IMG/VR virus record: IMGVR_UViG_3300035698_012122 | Coordinates: 12,686 to 76,685 of that record | Direction: 5' to 3' (one strand) | From: a virus | Length of the DNA: 64,000 nt | Shown here: piece after piece, positions 54,248-63,915 of the stretch | Position numbering within the stretch: the first letter of the stretch is position 1 | How the letters are laid out: each line of letters begins with the position of its first letter | Position numbers and translations under genes: made by a program | The notes under the pieces: generated by a model | What the model was told of the DNA's origin: nothing | The model's input: the letters and a program-made list of their open reading frames with translations, nothing else | The model's database searches: none

Positions 54248-56992
54248 TTACGAAGCTATGTCAAGTTCATCTAGCTTAATTTTCTCACCATACCAAGCCC
54301 ATTTGTAATACTCAGTATCTACGTTAAGAGTTAATTCTGTTTCAGTACCAGCACCTAGCATAGATGTCATTTCTTCTATCAAACATTTATTAACTAGTTG
54401 ACGTTCTTCTACAGGACATTCACCAACTATTCCATCATGTATTCTAAACATTATTCTAGCTTTTAAACCTTCTTTTCTAAATCTTCTATTAACTCTTATA
54501 ACAGAATCTTCAAAAACTTCTTGACCACCACCTTGAACTGGAAAGTTCATTGCTTGTCTTGAAATACTATCTTCTGTTTGATTAGTAGACCATTTACAAT
54601 TTTGTCCACGGTTAGAGTAAATCCATTCAGTAGCACCATAGAACCTACGTTTTCTACCTGATAGTAATGTAATGAAACCATGATCTAAGGCATGATCTAC
54701 AATAGAATCTCTCCAAGCCTTCATAACTTTATAAGTATCAAAATAACTATCTATCATTGCTTGAGCTTCAGCTTCAGATATTTCAAACTTTTCAGCAAAG
54801 GTATATGCTGATTGTCCATAGTTCAAACCAAAACCTAAACTCTTTGCTTTATATCTTAAACCTTCCCAATCTAATTTATTATCAGGGTCTTTTAAAGCTA
54901 TCTCATCTTTGAATTTTTGAATGTCTTCAACAGTACAGGTTTTTAAATCTTTTGTTTTACCATTCATTATCATCATGTGTTCATACTTAACCCATTTAGG
55001 AAGTAGATTTAATTTACTACCAATAGCTACAGCGTTGAAACAATGTAAATCAGTTCCTTTTCTAAGTTGTTCCAATAGAACAGGGTCTTTAGATAGGTAT
55101 GCAACAATATTAATTTCTAGTGATTTAAAATCTGATTCAAATAAGCACCAATCTTTATTAGTTGGAACTACAAAATTTCTACAGTTAATTAAACCCTCAA
55201 CAGGATTAGGCCAAACTTGAACAGAAGGCCCTTTAGAACTTTCCCTACCTGTTTTAGGACTATGTAAATTCATACTGGTATGTATTCTACCATTAAGGTC
55301 AATATGTTTTAACATACCACCTAAATCAGCATCTACTTCTTCACCACGTTCTGAAACGGCTAGATATTTACCATCTATATAAGTTCCTTTTAATTTGGAC
55401 ATGGTTTTAAAACTTTTAACTAGAGCTGGAAATTCATGACAATTGTTTTTCTTGAATGATAGTAGTTTATCTAATTCATCACCAGCAGTTGAGTAACCAG
55501 TTTTATTTACTTTTAATCCAGCTTTATCTAATGGGTATGCTTCAGCTACCATAAACTCATTCATCTGTTTTGGACTATTAACATTGAAACCATTAATACC
55601 TGTAAAGTCTTCTAAGTCTTTTTGTGCTTCATCCATTTCATTTTCAATTGCAATACCAGCTTCTTCAATTAGTGGTTTGTCTGCTTTGAAACCAATGTAT
55701 TCTATTCGCATTACATCCCGAACGGTCTGCATTTTAACATTCAGGAATCTATCTAACATCCCTTCTTCTTTTAATTCTTTATGTACTTTATAAAATAATC
55801 TCAAACACGCATCAGTATCTATTCCTAAATACTTTATAATCATAGCTGGTGGAACATACTGATAGGTCTTTTTATTTTTCTCATCTTTATTGGTATATTT
55901 CCAAAGCAAAGTATCATAAGCACCAAAATTTATACCTCTACGTTCACAAGCAATATTTAAAGAGTGACCTAGATTTTCATCAATCAGTGCATCAGCGTTC
56001 ATAGTATCAAACCAGAACTTCTTATACGGTACTTTAAGCTTCATACCAAATTTACCATCGAACTTACCGTTATGTAATATCCAATGGGTATCACCACCAT
56101 GTACTTCTCTCATGGCCTGTAAAATTCTAGCTTGATTCGGTTTTACAAAATCATTAATTCTTTTAGCTAATTTCTTATCTTCCAATGTCCATTTTTCTGT
56201 ATGCTCATTTTTATACGGTAAAATAAATAATACATCGGCTTTACCAACTTCAGAACTATAACCAGAATTGAATGGTAAGTTTTTCCAGAAATCTAATCCA
56301 GTAGTTTCATAATCTGTTGAAGCGTACTTAACAGTTTTATATCTCTCTACCCATTCATCTAGTGCTTCTAACGATAGAATTAAATTAACTTCTGGTTCTG
56401 GTGTTTTTTCTATTATGCCAGTGTCTATAAACTTTTTAGATTTTTTGAAGTCTCTGATAATATCATCATTGTATTCCCACTTACCAAAAGAACCTTGTAA
56501 ATCAAATGTTGCCATTACTTTAGTGTTCAATGAAAGTATTTTAGATTTATCATGTATGGAATCGTATTTCATATTGAAGTCTTGGATATGACCTCTAAAA
56601 TTATAAATAGATGTGTGGCCTAACAAAGATTGAAAACCAGCTTTACCCATACAGATAATTATCTCTGGTTGTACTTCAATAATTTCTTCCATTAAATATG
56701 GTTCACAAGCTGAAATTTGTTTCTTCTTAATATCAGATATTTTTTCTGGTTTACATTTTACAGCAGATGTAAAATAAACATCTTGATAATCTATTCCAGC
56801 TTGTTCTAAAAACCAGTTTAGCTTTTCACCACCATCACCAGATAGTACTCCATCCCATGAGTCATCTAAACGACTAGGTGCTTGTTGAATAATCATAATT
56901 CGGGGTTTGGCTTTTCTAGTGGCCTTTTTTCCCCAAATTCCAACACTATTACAAGATTTATGGAATTTACATTTGGTACAAGTTTTACTCAT
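54248..56992 (-). CDS. polA: Family A DNA polymerase with 3'-5' exonuclease and N-terminal UDG(family 4)-like domain (SPO1-type architecture)
   Basis: CTKC...C and VKCKP UDG4 cysteines. Exo DYETTG / HNGKFD / YLGID. Polymerase TGRESS, SDFKSLE, KSLGFGLNYG, NFPVQG, IHDG. Confidence 0.93.
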   Translation of the reverse strand: MSKTCTKCKFHKSCNSVGIWGKKATRKAKPRIMIIQQAPSRLDDSWDGVLSGDGGEKLNWFLEQAGIDYQDVYFTSAVKCKPEKISDIKKKQISACEPYLMEEIIEVQPEIIICMGKAGFQSLLGHTSIYNFRGHIQDFNMKYDSIHDKSKILSLNTKVMATFDLQGSFGKWEYNDDIIRDFKKSKKFIDTGIIEKTPEPEVNLILSLEALDEWVERYKTVKYASTDYETTGLDFWKNLPFNSGYSSEVGKADVLFILPYKNEHTEKWTLEDKKLAKRINDFVKPNQARILQAMREVHGGDTHWILHNGKFDGKFGMKLKVPYKKFWFDTMNADALIDENLGHSLNIACERRGINFGAYDTLLWKYTNKDEKNKKTYQYVPPAMIIKYLGIDTDACLRLFYKVHKELKEEGMLDRFLNVKMQTVRDVMRIEYIGFKADKPLIEEAGIAIENEMDEAQKDLEDFTGINGFNVNSPKQMNEFMVAEAYPLDKAGLKVNKTGYSTAGDELDKLLSFKKNNCHEFPALVKSFKTMSKLKGTYIDGKYLAVSERGEEVDADLGGMLKHIDLNGRIHTSMNLHSPKTGRESSKGPSVQVWPNPVEGLINCRNFVVPTNKDWCLFESDFKSLEINIVAYLSKDPVLLEQLRKGTDLHCFNAVAIGSKLNLLPKWVKYEHMMIMNGKTKDLKTCTVEDIQKFKDEIALKDPDNKLDWEGLRYKAKSLGFGLNYGQSAYTFAEKFEISEAEAQAMIDSYFDTYKVMKAWRDSIVDHALDHGFITLLSGRKRRFYGATEWIYSNRGQNCKWSTNQTEDSISRQAMNFPVQGGGQEVFEDSVIRVNRRFRKEGLKARIMFRIHDGIVGECPVEERQLVNKCLIEEMTSMLGAGTETELTLNVDTEYYKWAWYGEKIKLDELDIAS

Positions 56993-57443
56993 CTAGGAAC
57001 TTCTTACCACGCAATCTTTCACGGCCTCTAGTTCTAGCAGATGGTTTTTCATCAACTTTATTAATTTTATCTTTAAAGTTTTGAGCACCTTCATTTGATC
57101 TAGCACGTTTTACATTTCTACGTTCTACAGCATCGTCTTTTAAATCAGCATTAGGAATTTTTTCAATAGAGTCATGATCTACATAATTATCAGATGCTTC
57201 TCTAATCCTAGCTTCAATTTTATCTAGTGCTTCACCAACAAATAAAATAGAATCGTCTAACTCTTCAGCAGTTGATTCCCTTTTAGCATTAATCATAACT
57301 GTTTTGTCTTTTAGATTAATATCTTTTGCAAATGAAATACCAAAATGCCTATTATCGAAATGGCCGATATTAATTTGCCTAGATTCCCAATAAGTTAATC
57401 TATCTTTTGAAACACTAATTTCTACACCATTGTCATCTTTCAT
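56985..57443 (-). CDS. Hypothetical protein
   Basis: 152 aa with AAGGA RBS. Confidence 0.7.
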   Translation of the reverse strand: MKDDNGVEISVSKDRLTYWESRQINIGHFDNRHFGISFAKDINLKDKTVMINAKRESTAEELDDSILFVGEALDKIEARIREASDNYVDHDSIEKIPNADLKDDAVERRNVKRARSNEGAQNFKDKINKVDEKPSARTRGRERLRGKKFLDE

Positions 57444-57467
57444 AACTAATTCCTTATACCTAAAAGA

Positions 57468-59348
57468 TTAAAGCCCTGTTCGCTTTTTTCTCTTGCTTCT
57501 TTTACCACCTGTTCCAAACTCTTGCAAGATTGAATCATATCCAATTCCAGAGCACTTAAATGTACTATAAGCACCACTGAAGTATAAAAATGTTCTACCA
57601 CCTTCAGTAAATCTACCAGTGATTGAAATATCTGTTTTAAAGCTCATTGGATCATGTTTTGCATAACCAGTTGCTATTTCATCATCCTTCATATCATCGT
57701 TTTGAAAAGGCCTATGTTGTAACCAAATAACATCAGCATCCTGAATAATAGAACTAGAACCTTTTAAATCTTCAGGCTTTAATTGCTTATTAGTTCCAGT
57801 TTTCTTAGGATGTACAATTAGAACAACCATTACATCTAATCTTTCAGCTAATAGTTTTAATTTTTGGGTAGCATCACCAATCATAGCATTTTCATCAGCA
57901 CCTCTACATAAGTAATGTAAATTATCCACAACCAATATATTTAGATTGTGTCTTGTAATCATTGCTTCAGAGTTTTCAATAACACCATCAATTAGAATAT
58001 CGTTTTGAACAGTAGGATTGAAAATATGTAAATTAGTTGAAGGTAATCTTAAACAAGCTCTATGAAATGCTAGTTCATCTATAAAATCAATTCCTGTTTT
58101 AGATGGGAATCTATGTGGTTCACTCATTAACCATTTATCATGTAGTCTTTCACCACGCATTTCACATGAATAGATTCCACAGTTATGACCTTTTTTGGCC
58201 CAATGTTTCATCATGTCCATTGCTATAGAGGTTTTACCAGCTTTTGGTTTTCCACCTAATACAAACAGATAACCATCATTCAAAGCACCTAGAACATTGT
58301 TTACAGGCTTCCAAGGTGTATCATACTTAGATGCTTTAGCACGTTCTTTAGTTACATATCTTTCATGATGGAATTTTTTATGGTGTTGCCTAAGTGATTT
58401 AGTATTTCTAACTTCAAACATTGTTCCATGACCTAATAGGTCGGTGAAATAGTTTACATCGTATTTTTTACTTAATAGAAAATCATTTGGATCATTAGCA
58501 TCTTCAGGTAGAACAACATTTAAACATCTTCCAAGGCCCAACATAGTAGCTAAATTTCTAGCACCATCTTGTCCAGCATCATCAGCATCTAAAACTAAAT
58601 ACACTTTATCAAAGCGTTCTAATCTATCTACCCATTCAGGTTTATTTTTAAATCCATTTGCACCAGTGGTTAAACCAATTACATTTTTAAATCCCATTTC
58701 CCAAATTGATATAGCATCTAGCTCTGATTCTGCAATTATAATTTCAGTGTGGTCAAAATCATCTATTACAGCATCATTGTATAAAGCAGATACACCACCT
58801 TCTTCTCTTCTCCATTTATCTGTTTTAGATTCTGGTTTGAGTTTACGGTATTTTACATTTACACAATTCCCTTCTTTTATGTATGGGATAACTAAATGAT
58901 CTCCACCATCATACATTCCACGTCGGCCTTTAAATTCCCATCTAAATCCTAATTCAAAATGTTTGATTGCTTCATCGGAAAAACCACGGCCATTTAAATA
59001 TTTTGCACAGTCATTTTCTTTTCTATCGAAAACTTCAGCAAAGTATTGTTTATGAAAATCTGGTTTGATAGCACATTTGGCTTCTTGTACTGTTTTTTGA
59101 ATTGTATCATTATTCTTAACTTTTTTACGGTTCTTAAAGGCCCATTCTAAGTTCTTTAATTTTTTACCACCAGAATTACAATTCAGACAATTCCAAAACT
59201 CAGTGGTTTTATTTATTCCTAGTCTATGCCTTTTATCAGTACATAGAAAACAGTCAATATTATATTCTTTGGAATCATCATTTCCATGAATTTTTTCACC
59301 TGTAGTTTCGAGAAACTTAAATATTAATTTAGCTTTATCCGTTAGCAC
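57468..59348 (-). CDS. Primase-helicase (T7 gp4/Twinkle-like: Zn finger + TOPRIM + DnaB-type helicase)
   Basis: CFLC...CLNC, AESELDA, LDADDAG, DPND, GKPKAGKT, VVDNLHY, IVHPKK, LKGSSSIIQDAD. Confidence 0.93.
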   Translation of the reverse strand: MLTDKAKLIFKFLETTGEKIHGNDDSKEYNIDCFLCTDKRHRLGINKTTEFWNCLNCNSGGKKLKNLEWAFKNRKKVKNNDTIQKTVQEAKCAIKPDFHKQYFAEVFDRKENDCAKYLNGRGFSDEAIKHFELGFRWEFKGRRGMYDGGDHLVIPYIKEGNCVNVKYRKLKPESKTDKWRREEGGVSALYNDAVIDDFDHTEIIIAESELDAISIWEMGFKNVIGLTTGANGFKNKPEWVDRLERFDKVYLVLDADDAGQDGARNLATMLGLGRCLNVVLPEDANDPNDFLLSKKYDVNYFTDLLGHGTMFEVRNTKSLRQHHKKFHHERYVTKERAKASKYDTPWKPVNNVLGALNDGYLFVLGGKPKAGKTSIAMDMMKHWAKKGHNCGIYSCEMRGERLHDKWLMSEPHRFPSKTGIDFIDELAFHRACLRLPSTNLHIFNPTVQNDILIDGVIENSEAMITRHNLNILVVDNLHYLCRGADENAMIGDATQKLKLLAERLDVMVVLIVHPKKTGTNKQLKPEDLKGSSSIIQDADVIWLQHRPFQNDDMKDDEIATGYAKHDPMSFKTDISITGRFTEGGRTFLYFSGAYSTFKCSGIGYDSILQEFGTGGKRSKRKKRTGL

Positions 59349-60006
59349 TATTCGTTAGTTCCTCTAAATATTCCGTTAAGGAATTAGGAACTTGGTTGTG
59401 ATTTCTGCGATTGTATTCTATTAGAAATTCTACTTCATGAACTTCCATTTCATCATTCGCTTTATAGTCTCTATTGAGTGTTCTATATCTATCACTACCT
59501 AATTCATAATCCTGATTACTTATTTTGGTCTTACTAGCTTTACTCATTGTAGACGTATAATCAAGCAATCTTTTTTCTGCACCTTCATTGGCTAGTTGAA
59601 CAGGTGTTGGAAATACACCAGCAAACTCTAAGCCCTTAATTTGTGCATCAATAAAAGTGTTAAAGTCAGATTCAAGTTCTAACATTAGTTTCACCGCATC
59701 AATAAAATAATTAAATTCCCTTGACTTGGTATCTATTGGCCTGATGTTTGGCCTATTATAATATTGTTTTTTCTTAACAGAATAAATTCTAGCTAATTTT
59801 TCAGCATCTTTAAATTGCTGTTCGTTTTCTGGTTCTTCTTCAATTTTTAGTTTACCAATTCTATTTAGAAATTTTTTAGTAGCGTAATCATTTATAATAC
59901 TATGAATACATTCTATATTAACGGTAATGAACGGTTTAGTATTGTAGGTAACTTTTAGATTACCATTACCATCTTTTTTTAATTTTAAATCATCAAAAAA
60001 ACCCAT
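59335..60006 (-). CDS. Hypothetical protein coupled to primase-helicase
   Basis: 223 aa ORF overlapping the primase start. Confidence 0.7.
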   Translation of the reverse strand: MGFFDDLKLKKDGNGNLKVTYNTKPFITVNIECIHSIINDYATKKFLNRIGKLKIEEEPENEQQFKDAEKLARIYSVKKKQYYNRPNIRPIDTKSREFNYFIDAVKLMLELESDFNTFIDAQIKGLEFAGVFPTPVQLANEGAEKRLLDYTSTMSKASKTKISNQDYELGSDRYRTLNRDYKANDEMEVHEVEFLIEYNRRNHNQVPNSLTEYLEELTNSANG

Positions 60007-60034
60007 GTCATCCCTAATTCCTAATACCTAATAT

Positions 60035-60075
60035 AAAAACCCTAACTGCTTGGTGTTGAATCAGAACAGTTAGGG
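60035..60075 (-). terminator. Rho-independent terminator
   Basis: CCCTAACTG...CAGTTAGGG stem followed by TTTTT on the - strand. Confidence 0.75.
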
Positions 60076-60087
60076 ATAACTTAAAGA

Positions 60088-61449
60088 CTATGCTTGATTG
60101 TCGGCAACATCTTCAATATTTATATCGTCATAATTTATATCAGCGTTATCAAGATCAATGTCTTCATAATTAGAATCAGTCTCATTACCAGCTTCTAATA
60201 CTGGTTCTGAAGCTTGAGGTTTTTTAGCCCTTGCTGTTTTTTTTTCCTTCACTTCAACTGTTGCTGGATATGTTGGTTCTTTACCGTCATTAATTTCATT
60301 TGCAATGCCTTCAACTTTAGCATCTATTGCATCAATTACTTTAAAGAACGCTTCATCTTTTAAATCACCTTTAGTAAGTAATTTAGTTTCTTCAGGTAAA
60401 TCTAATCCAAACTTGGTAATAGTTTCTATTAGCCCTTTTTCATCCATTGCTTCTAAAGCAGATGCTTCAGGTAGGTCATCAATATTAATTTTAACTAACT
60501 CAACTTTAACTTCTTCTTTAGCTGGTTCTGTTTTAGCACCACGTTTTGCTCTGGTCTTAACTTCAGCAACAGGGTCTACTTCAGCTTTAGATTGATTCTC
60601 TTCTTCAGACTTAAGTGAAGCAACTACTTCATCAATACAATTAAAGAAACCATCATCTGTTAATTCACCATCTAATTTCTTAATTGTTTCAGCTAGTGGT
60701 AATTTAAAATCTGTAATTACTTTTGTTAATTGATCTTCATTCATTGCTTCTAAATCTTTAGCAGAAGGTGCTTTAGAAAAATCAACAGATACAACTACTT
60801 CTTTTTTAGTTGCTACCTTTGATCTAGTTTTGGTTTCTACTGGTGCATCTTCACCTAAAAGAATAGATAACATTTCAATTCTAATATCTTTTAATTCAGC
60901 TTTATCCATATCTACAGTCATATCTATTTTATGTGCAACTGCAATTTTCTTAAGGCCCGGTCTTCTAGCTTTATTAATCTCTTCTTTAGTAGGAACTAAT
61001 AATTCTTTTTTAGTTCTAGTTGTTGCTACCTTTTCTGGTTTATCTTCAGTGGCCGATGCTTCAACTGCTTCTGGTTCTTCAACTGTTTCTGCTTTACCTC
61101 TACCACGAGAAGTTCTAGTAGTTGATTGTGCAACTTCTTTTTCAGTTGTTGGAGTTTCAGTTGGTTCTTCAACAACAACACTTTCAGCTTCACTTCCAGT
61201 TACCATATCGTACATACAAAATTCACAGTTACGAGATAGTAGAACGTGTGAACCACATTCAGGACATTGTACTAAAGGTGCTTTTTCATTTGTTTCAGCA
61301 TACATTTCAGTAATTTTTGCTAATCTTTTTAGTTTAACATCTAAGGCTTTATGAACCTCTAAGAAAATTGCTGGTGATTCGCTGTTTAATAATCCGTTTG
61401 CTTCAATGAATCTATTCATCATTACAACACCACTACCTGACTTTGACAT
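60088..61449 (-). CDS. Zn-ribbon protein with three small helical repeats and acidic tail
   Basis: CPECG...CEFC. Repeats PTKEEINKARRPGL / PSAKDLEAMNEDQL / PEASALEAMDEKGL separated by K/T/E-rich linkers. Confidence 0.75.
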   Translation of the reverse strand: MSKSGSGVVMMNRFIEANGLLNSESPAIFLEVHKALDVKLKRLAKITEMYAETNEKAPLVQCPECGSHVLLSRNCEFCMYDMVTGSEAESVVVEEPTETPTTEKEVAQSTTRTSRGRGKAETVEEPEAVEASATEDKPEKVATTRTKKELLVPTKEEINKARRPGLKKIAVAHKIDMTVDMDKAELKDIRIEMLSILLGEDAPVETKTRSKVATKKEVVVSVDFSKAPSAKDLEAMNEDQLTKVITDFKLPLAETIKKLDGELTDDGFFNCIDEVVASLKSEEENQSKAEVDPVAEVKTRAKRGAKTEPAKEEVKVELVKINIDDLPEASALEAMDEKGLIETITKFGLDLPEETKLLTKGDLKDEAFFKVIDAIDAKVEGIANEINDGKEPTYPATVEVKEKKTARAKKPQASEPVLEAGNETDSNYEDIDLDNADINYDDINIEDVADNQA

Positions 61450-61451
61450 AA

Positions 61452-63113
61452 TTATTCCTTTGTTTTAATGCGTCTTACACGCACTGGTTTAACATTTTTA
61501 CTTTTGTAATCTATTGGTACTCTTTTAATCTTTGTTTTCATTTTCGGTACTTCTACCACGGGCCTTCTTCTTCTAATAGCCTTATCTTTATTAACTTTAG
61601 GTTTTCTAACACTTGGTATTCTATCAGCATATTTAGATTCAATAGAGTATTTAGCATTTTGGCTAACTCTGGTTTTATCTACTACTACAGTCATGAGTGG
61701 TGTAACTTTTTTACCAAACATTTCTTCTTGCTTTTCTGAATGTGTTCTTTCAAGTCTTCCTAAAATCTGATTAAATCTTTCCAAGTTGTTTCCAACTGGT
61801 GTAGTTACAATCCCAAATGTTACTGGTCTAATACTTAAACCAACTTCCATCTTTTGAGTACCTATAATAAAATCTAATTTCTTCTCACTACCTAATTCCT
61901 TAACTCTTTCATATGCTGTTTTATAATCGTATTTATCTAAGATGTCCAGCGTTCCTTTTGGAACACGTTCTAACATATCCGTATTCTCTCTTATCTTCTT
62001 TATATTAGTTGGCCCTAGCAAAAGTTCTACCCTAAAATTAGATAGATACTTTGCTAAGATACCAGCTTGAATAACTCTCTCTACAAAGATGATAACTAAA
62101 TCACCATGTAACTTAACTCTCTGAATACCTAACTGACAAATTTTTATATTACGTTCTTTATCTAATGCCATGTCATTAATCAAGGAAGTGTAATTATTAC
62201 TCTCTTCATAGTCATCATTTTCATATGATGTATTCATGTACTGGATATTAGCTAGTATCTTAGAATCAGATGCGGTTTCAATTGCTTCATACCTAACTTG
62301 TCCAACACAAGCTTTAGTCATAAACTCTTTTCCATCTTTTCTTTTAACACCAGCAGTTACACCAAATTTATATTTAGCTGGTAGGGTGTTTACAACTTTT
62401 TGTATATCATCAATTACAGCTTTTTGAACTTCATCTATAAAAATTGCACCAATTCCAATTTTTCTATATTCTGCTAGAATTTTATCCTTTTTAGCAGAAT
62501 GATATAAAGAGACATTAATATCACCTAACTTAAATTTCTTACCAGAAAATAATCCACCAGCACCACCAATTCTTTTTTTATCAATATTAAATAGTTTTGG
62601 ATTGGTCATTTCATCAATCCATTGTTTTTGCAGAAATGTTGTGTGAACTAAGATCAAAGTTCTTTGCTTCAAAATCCTAATCCATTCAAGCACTGTTACG
62701 GACTTCCCAAAAGATGTATATGCTAACCCAATTCCATCATTGAAAGGCATCATAGCGTCTAAAAACTGGTTCTGGTCTTCTCTCAGTATTGTGTTGGATT
62801 GGCTAAAATCTATGTCTTCAGAAACTACAGTCTTGTCAACTAAAATCGTCTTAATACCAAAATTTAATAAATATGCTGAAATGCGTGTAAATTCACCACG
62901 ATAGACGTTAAATCTATCTCTATCTATGTGATATGTGTACAAATGGGAAGGAACACCGTAATTAGAGTACCCATACTTCTCATTCTCTAAGTACTTGGAA
63001 TTAGGATATGATAGAAGCTTCTGAATACCTATGTATGCAGTTTTACTAATATCCCTCAATGCGTTAGCACTAAAATGAAGTTTATTTTCTAATATAATAG
63101 TTAAAGTTTTCAA
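61452..63113 (-). CDS. SF2 (UvsW/SSL2-like) helicase
   Basis: LREDQ, AYTSFGKS, LQKQW, IDEVQK, GVTA, EVGLSI, QILGRLER. Confidence 0.88.
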   Translation of the reverse strand: MKTLTIILENKLHFSANALRDISKTAYIGIQKLLSYPNSKYLENEKYGYSNYGVPSHLYTYHIDRDRFNVYRGEFTRISAYLLNFGIKTILVDKTVVSEDIDFSQSNTILREDQNQFLDAMMPFNDGIGLAYTSFGKSVTVLEWIRILKQRTLILVHTTFLQKQWIDEMTNPKLFNIDKKRIGGAGGLFSGKKFKLGDINVSLYHSAKKDKILAEYRKIGIGAIFIDEVQKAVIDDIQKVVNTLPAKYKFGVTAGVKRKDGKEFMTKACVGQVRYEAIETASDSKILANIQYMNTSYENDDYEESNNYTSLINDMALDKERNIKICQLGIQRVKLHGDLVIIFVERVIQAGILAKYLSNFRVELLLGPTNIKKIRENTDMLERVPKGTLDILDKYDYKTAYERVKELGSEKKLDFIIGTQKMEVGLSIRPVTFGIVTTPVGNNLERFNQILGRLERTHSEKQEEMFGKKVTPLMTVVVDKTRVSQNAKYSIESKYADRIPSVRKPKVNKDKAIRRRRPVVEVPKMKTKIKRVPIDYKSKNVKPVRVRRIKTKE

Positions 63114-63116
63114 TAA

Positions 63117-63141
63117 CTTACCTAATACCTAATAGCCTAAT
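63117..63141 (-). promoter_or_regulatory. Tandem ATTAGG(T) leader repeats upstream of helicase start
   Basis: ATTAGGCTATTAGGTATTAGGTAAG on the - strand. The same motif recurs at 42192-42213, 54208-54226, 57446-57464, 60011-60032 and on + at 63939-63955. Confidence 0.6.
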
Positions 63142-63619
63142 TTCTAATTACATAATAAATATGCTCAATTTTTTTGGTTGTCAAAACATTTTTATGCTGT
63201 TCTAGTGAGATTGTCTAGGGGGTTTGTAGAATTTATTCTACGACTTTGGGGTACGCAACACTAGACACGCTAACCCTAAGATAAAAGATGATGGTTTAAA
63301 GAATAGTGCTGAAAGTTAAATTGTTAAACACTAATAAGTCTCAAACAACTACACTCACAAGCATTACATCAGCAAAGACGGTTCATTAAGTAATCGTAAG
63401 AGCACAACAGTTGGGCCACTGGTAAGCGTTTTCACATGATGGGAATGTCACACTAACGGTCTAGGGTAATTAGATTGACCAACATAATAGAAGTGGTTTA
63501 AGTAGGAAATACGGTCTTCCAGCAATAGCAACTTACACTTCTAATCTAAATCCTATAAGTAATCATGCCTTGCCTGAAATATTTGGTATTGTATTCCATG
63601 ATGCTAGAAGTTCCATATC

Positions 63620-63915
63620 TTTAGATTCTATTATTAGATTTAATTTAGATTATTAGATTAGATTATAATGGGGGGTAAGGGGGGTTTTGATTCTGGTTTA
63701 AAGTAATTATTTCGATGTAGAAGTATTCTAAATTTTTCACTTTAAATATATAATATAAGCTATATTATTCTAAATCTAATCTAAATAACCAATCTAATTT
63801 AGATTTTTCATAGCAAATATATAATATAAGCTATATTAGTTGTGAATATCAAATTAGATTTCTTACATCCATCATATTTCGTTTTTCTTACATCTGAAAT
63901 TGAATTTACATTTCT
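63620..63915. repeat. AT-rich repeat region, candidate replication origin
   Basis: Multiple TAGATT/AATCTA copies, GGGGGGTAAGGGGGG, perfect 24-bp direct repeat at 63744-63767 and 63815-63838, TTTCTTACATC twice. Confidence 0.55.

Noticed and set aside
47502-56992. 2-aminoadenine (Z) genome system (MazZ + DpoZ)
   Set aside because: MazG-like and PolA genes alone are common, and no purZ or datZ is seen in this window.
49312-59348. Inteins, introns or homing endonucleases in recA, polymerase or primase-helicase
   Set aside because: Proteins are of normal length with contiguous motifs. No intein splice-junction, LAGLIDADG, HNH or GIY-YIG signature noticed.
63151-63184. Sigma70 promoter for the replication operon (TTGACA at 63184-63179 on - strand)
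   Set aside because: Perfect -35, but the hexamer at 17-bp spacing is TATTTA and the better TATTAT is 21 bp away. Plausible but not supportable enough to list.
63195-63610. tRNA genes
   Set aside because: No GTTCRA T-loop or cloverleaf with acceptor stem could be identified.
63620-63915. CRISPR array
   Set aside because: Only two copies of the 24-bp repeat, no regular repeat-spacer series and no cas genes.
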